Sequence record: OL539454.1
DNA from: Escherichia phage vB_EcoS_OddieOddie
Length of the DNA: 59,985 nucleotides
Direction: 5' to 3' (one strand)
Positions 56,377 through 59,985 of the stretch are shown piece after piece. Both the position numbers and the translations under genes were made by a program. The notes beneath the pieces were generated by a model, which was not told the origin of the DNA, did no database searches, and worked only from the letters and a program-made list of their open reading frames with translations. Within the stretch, counting starts at the first letter, position 1. Each line of letters starts with the position of its first letter.

Positions 56377-56847
56377 ATGGCTGACGTTAAAACTATTGTT
56401 GATGCAATGGACGAATCCAAAGACTGCCAACTGAAGAAGTCATTTGAAGTAAAACAGGTTACAGAAACTCAGTTAATAGCAAGATTCGCACGTCGTTGCG
56501 GCTTGGGACGCGGGAAAGACTGGAACGGGCTTATTGTTATGCCCACATCACAGATCCTTGTCTATGTCCGTAATGTTGTAGAAGATCTTTTGCGTCTTCA
56601 AATAGATATTGGTGACGTAGAAATTAACATGACTGCGAGCTCCACCATTGTGGTTAAATGGCAGTCGGGCGAGACACTTCGTTTGGAAGCGTGTCATTGT
56701 GCTAAGAGCTTACACCACCTGCGCGGTTGTCATTACCAGTTCGTTGGGTTTGTACATCCGCAAGGGTTAAGCGAGCGTACGGCGCTGGTAGCGCGTTTGC
56801 TGCTGCGTCCTTATAATAACGAGCCGGAAGTCATATACGAGGCATAA
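56377..56847 (+). CDS. hypothetical early protein
   Basis: 156-aa ORF. Confidence 0.45.
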   Translation: MADVKTIVDAMDESKDCQLKKSFEVKQVTETQLIARFARRCGLGRGKDWNGLIVMPTSQILVYVRNVVEDLLRLQIDIGDVEINMTASSTIVVKWQSGETLRLEACHCAKSLHHLRGCHYQFVGFVHPQGLSERTALVARLLLRPYNNEPEVIYEA

Positions 56848-56848
56848 G

Positions 56849-57055
56849 ATGGAAACTCCATTAGCTAAACAAATGATAGAGCGTGCGGATCGGGACGGTT
56901 TACCGGAACACCATGCTATGCGTCGAACTGCCCAAGTATTTGACGAAATCAGCGTTAAATATGCGATGGGTAAGAGCACGCCTAAAGATTTATTGGGTGC
57001 TTGGGCTCGCGCTCGACGCTGCTGGTGTAACTATACCGGAGAACCGCTTGTATGA
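56849..57055 (+). CDS. hypothetical early protein
   Basis: 68-aa ORF filling the gap between neighbours. Confidence 0.4.
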   Translation: METPLAKQMIERADRDGLPEHHAMRRTAQVFDEISVKYAMGKSTPKDLLGAWARARRCWCNYTGEPLV

Positions 57056-57474
57056 TAAAACACGTTAAACAGCCAACTTTAAATACATGCGTTTCTGCGT
57101 GTTTGGCAATGATCCTTAATAAACCTGTTGAGAAGGTCATTGAGGAATTTCATAGTCGTTATTATAACAACTGGGAAATCACTATCAGCGAATATTTGAC
57201 TAAAAACGGCGTCAAGCATCATTGTTCAGAAGGTGGTGGGCGTGAAACTTTGCATATGGGAGGTCTGTTCCTGTGCACAGTGCCAAGTCTTAATATTCCT
57301 GGCGCATTGCACCAGATTGTGATCGATATGACGGATCACAAGTTTATTGTGCACGATCCAATTAAAGGATGGGAAGGTAAAAAGTTCTATGTTGGTCCGG
57401 ATCAAGATCCTGAGGAACCTGGAGCTTTTATCATTCATACTTGGGTCAAAGACGTTGAAATCCTACCTTATTAA
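57052..57474 (+). CDS. papain-like cysteine peptidase, C39-like
   Basis: 140-aa ORF with N-terminal QPTLNTCVSACLAMIL resembling the C39 catalytic-Cys motif. Confidence 0.45.
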   Translation: MIKHVKQPTLNTCVSACLAMILNKPVEKVIEEFHSRYYNNWEITISEYLTKNGVKHHCSEGGGRETLHMGGLFLCTVPSLNIPGALHQIVIDMTDHKFIVHDPIKGWEGKKFYVGPDQDPEEPGAFIIHTWVKDVEILPY

Positions 57475-57536
57475 TTTTCTTGCTATCACATAACCCTTCA
57501 TTGTATTGTGTACCCATCGAATAAGAGGGGTACACA

Positions 57537-57722
57537 ATGACCAAACTATACGCCGGATTGTTTTTATTTGCGACGTTAATGTTCGCTGGGCTTTATACCT
57601 ATACAGTAGTCGAACAACCTTCCACGGTTATCCGAATCTTTGCAAGTACAGGGCTTTGCATCTGTCTTATTCTATTTGTTTTATGCATTGTTATTATCCA
57701 AGACCAAAGGAAAGTTAAATGA
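57537..57722 (+). CDS. small two-helix membrane protein
   Basis: 61-aa ORF with SD AGAGGGG; two hydrophobic helices and basic C-terminus. Confidence 0.45.
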   Translation: MTKLYAGLFLFATLMFAGLYTYTVVEQPSTVIRIFASTGLCICLILFVLCIVIIQDQRKVK

Positions 57723-58183
57723 CCACAATTGCGTTTGATGGAAAAGTATTAGCTGCGGACCGTGGCGTTATGCGCGGGGAAGCTGTGACTGCTTATAAGA
57801 AAGTTCATAGCGTGAATGGACATCGTGGACGGTTTTTACTGGGCTTGTGCGGTTTGACGGCATTTACCGATCAGGTGTTGCGTTATTTTAATAGCGCGGA
57901 ACCTGTTAAGTTCCCTGATATTAAACTTTACAGTAAAGATGATGATTACGGGCAAACTTGCGGTCTTGCTGTTACTCCGGAAGGCACTTGCCATTTTATT
58001 TATAATGATGGTACTTTGAGCGAACCCATGCTGGATGGATGGGGTTCGGAGGGTAGCGGTTGTGTGTTTGCCGCTGGTGCGTTGGCTGCTGGTGCGAGCG
58101 CAAGCGAAGCTATTGAGCTGGCTATTAAACATACTACATGCGCATTCCTGGGAGTTGACACAATATCGTTTGAGGGTTTTTAA
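57719..58183 (+). CDS. proteasome-beta/HslV-like Ntn-hydrolase candidate
   Basis: 154-aa ORF starting MTTIAFDGKVLAADRG, matching the N-terminal Thr signature of proteasome beta/HslV subunits; has GSEGSG glycine motif. Confidence 0.45.
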   Translation: MTTIAFDGKVLAADRGVMRGEAVTAYKKVHSVNGHRGRFLLGLCGLTAFTDQVLRYFNSAEPVKFPDIKLYSKDDDYGQTCGLAVTPEGTCHFIYNDGTLSEPMLDGWGSEGSGCVFAAGALAAGASASEAIELAIKHTTCAFLGVDTISFEGF

Positions 58184-58453
58184 ATGACTACATTCAGTCA
58201 CCTGATCCCACCTGCTTATATGAGCAAGGTAGTTGACCACGGGACGCATGTTGTAATTGGTGGCGAAATCTTTATCACAGATAACGAGGAAATCGCCATT
58301 GCAATTATTGACAGCACTCAGCCTGACTTTATGGTTATCCTGCAACACGAACCAGATCAGTTCACTTTTTACTCCAGTTACGGGGTCGACAAAGGTGGAC
58401 AAGATCTTGTTAAGTGGTACATTAACGAATGGTTTGAGCACTGTTCTATCTAG
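58184..58453 (+). CDS. hypothetical protein
   Basis: 89-aa ORF coupled to upstream gene. Confidence 0.4.
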   Translation: MTTFSHLIPPAYMSKVVDHGTHVVIGGEIFITDNEEIAIAIIDSTQPDFMVILQHEPDQFTFYSSYGVDKGGQDLVKWYINEWFEHCSI

Positions 58454-58526
58454 ATCAATTCTCCTTGCGCCGTATCAAGTTTCTCTGTTACCCTTCATGG
58501 GTTCATGTCAAGCGGAGGAACTCGAT

Positions 58527-58964
58527 ATGGCGCTTCAACCTCGTGGTATTCGTAACAACAATCCAGGAAATATTCGCTGGGGTGACAATTGGCAGGGTTT
58601 AGTACCTGTTGATAAACGAACCGATAAATCTTTTGCACAGTTTACGCAACCGATCTACGGTATTCGTGCTCTAGCTAAAGTCCTGACTAACTACACCAAA
58701 CGCGAAGGCTTACCCAATGTGGGTAAGAAAAATATTGATACTGTACGTGAAATTATCGCTCGCTGGGCACCGCCTAACGAAAACGATACGGAAGCGTATA
58801 TTCGCTCTGTTGCCAAAGCAATTGGTGTTGAACCTAACGATCCAATCAATGTCTTCGACAAGACGATAATGTCAGGTTTGGTAAAAGCAATCATTCGTCA
58901 TGAAAATGGCATGATGCCTTATACGGACGACGTAATTAACCGCGCTATTGCAATGGTACTTTAA
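58527..58964 (+). CDS. candidate endolysin (by position)
   Basis: ATG at 58527 with SD GGAGGA; conserved-looking RGIRNNNPGNIRWG motif; directly upstream of holin and spanin candidates; enzymatic class not identified. Confidence 0.35.
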   Translation: MALQPRGIRNNNPGNIRWGDNWQGLVPVDKRTDKSFAQFTQPIYGIRALAKVLTNYTKREGLPNVGKKNIDTVREIIARWAPPNENDTEAYIRSVAKAIGVEPNDPINVFDKTIMSGLVKAIIRHENGMMPYTDDVINRAIAMVL

Positions 58965-58967
58965 CTG

Positions 58968-59345
58968 ATGGGGCGTCAGCCCCTTTTTATTGGAGGGAAC
59001 ATGTTCAACTCATCGAACGAACATTGGGCAGTTCTAGCGGGGTTTGCGCTGATCTCCCTCATTGGGGGAGCTCTCGGTTACGTCATGCGTACAATTGACG
59101 CTGGTAAGAAGGTACGGATAAGCATTGCATGTCTTGAAGGTTTATCCGCCGCGTTCTTTGGCGTTATAATGTACGCGATCTACAGGGAGTTTAATATCAG
59201 CCTTTGGTTCGCTTTTGGCCTTGCTGGCCTATTCGCTTGGGCGGGTTCACGTGCTACGCTAAAAGCTCTAAAGTCGCTTCTAGCATCGCGGACAGGGATC
59301 AAACTCGACTCAGAGGACTGCAAACATGAAAATGATTCTAAATAA
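58968..59345 (+). CDS. holin-like membrane protein
   Basis: 125-aa ORF with about three hydrophobic helices and charged C-terminus. Confidence 0.45.
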   Translation: MGRQPLFIGGNMFNSSNEHWAVLAGFALISLIGGALGYVMRTIDAGKKVRISIACLEGLSAAFFGVIMYAIYREFNISLWFAFGLAGLFAWAGSRATLKALKSLLASRTGIKLDSEDCKHENDSK

Positions 59346-59802
59346 CTTCTTCAGTTTTATAAAAGCTAAGCCCCGTCTGTTTATCGAGTACCTGATGATC
59401 GGCGCGGTTGTGTTTTTATGCGGAGTGGCTGCTTACCTGTGGTCACAAAACGAGCTTAACAAATCAAATTTAAGCTTAGCTGAAGAACGTTTAACCGTTG
59501 TGGAGAAGGACAATGCTAAGCTGGGCGAAGCTGTTGTATTTCTTGCTGCACAAAGGGAGAAAGATACGGACTCTTTCAAGAAACTAACTTCTGCAATTCA
59601 GAACGAACAACATAACCACAAGTTGCTTCAGGACAAGTTGCAGACACTGGAGAAAAGCAATGCCGACGTCAAAGCTTATCTTAACGAGCGTATTCCTGAT
59701 GATTTGCGCAGGTTGCTCGACGCAGACTCAACCTCCTCCAGCCCCACAGATAGTGAAGGTAAGACTACCCGCACATCTACTGGTGGAATGTCGGGAAGTT
59801 GA
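59326..59802 (+). CDS. inner-membrane spanin (Rz-like)
   Basis: 158-aa ORF; N-terminal transmembrane helix followed by coiled-coil periplasmic region. Confidence 0.5.
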   Translation: MKMILNNFFSFIKAKPRLFIEYLMIGAVVFLCGVAAYLWSQNELNKSNLSLAEERLTVVEKDNAKLGEAVVFLAAQREKDTDSFKKLTSAIQNEQHNHKLLQDKLQTLEKSNADVKAYLNERIPDDLRRLLDADSTSSSPTDSEGKTTRTSTGGMSGS

Positions 59803-59965
59803 GAAAATTCCTTTGGTTTACACAAGAGATATTATCCGACGTTTACAGGATACAGAAACTGCTCTGACTGAATGTAAGCTAAGGGTTAAGGAAATCATAC
59901 GCTATGAAGCTGAAAATGTTTCGCTTGATTTTGTAGGATCAAGCAATTATATTCAGCCTAAATAG
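59660..59965 (+). CDS. outer-membrane lipoprotein spanin (Rz1-like), overlapping the Rz-like gene in another frame
   Basis: 101-aa ORF; signal peptide with lipobox-like ICAGC followed by proline-rich PPPAPQ. Confidence 0.5.
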   Translation: MPTSKLILTSVFLMICAGCSTQTQPPPAPQIVKVRLPAHLLVECREVEKIPLVYTRDIIRRLQDTETALTECKLRVKEIIRYEAENVSLDFVGSSNYIQPK

Positions 59966-59985
59966 CAATAAGAAGGGGAGCTTCC

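Noticed and set aside
1-59985. Lysogeny module (integrase, repressor, excisionase) or attachment site
   Set aside because: No tyrosine or serine recombinase motifs and no repressor-like divergent gene pair were recognised; the phage is likely virulent, though motif inspection by eye cannot exclude a divergent integrase

Overview
This window reads as a complete, compact genome of a virulent tailed dsDNA phage (siphovirus-like), about 60 kb, opened at the start codon of the first packaging gene. From memory only, the layout resembles the E. coli Seuratvirus/Nonagvirus group; no database search was possible. Every call rests on motifs read by eye in the supplied ORF translations, plus synteny. 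Three transcription arms: (i) a rightward late arm, 1-24063, with terminase, portal, scaffold, capsid, head-tail joining genes, major tail protein, tail chaperone with a -1 frameshift site, tape measure, tail tip and fibre genes; (ii) a leftward arm, about 52288 down to 24093, with replication, recombination and nucleotide metabolism genes and a 7-deazaguanine DNA modification cluster (folE, queD, queE, queC, TGT-like dpdA, yhhQ-like transporter); (iii) a rightward early arm, 52829-59965, of small genes ending in a lysis cassette. The late and leftward arms converge on a bidirectional terminator at about 24066-24096. No integrase, repressor, tRNA or CRISPR array was recognised. Best candidates for something new: the uncharacterised ORFs inside the deazaguanine cluster, an early-arm pair of predicted peptidases (C39-like and proteasome-beta/HslV-like), an antisense lipoprotein gene between the tail tip and tail fibre genes, a repeat-rich AT-rich region at 49962-50790, and a GC-rich repeat block at 53561-53830.
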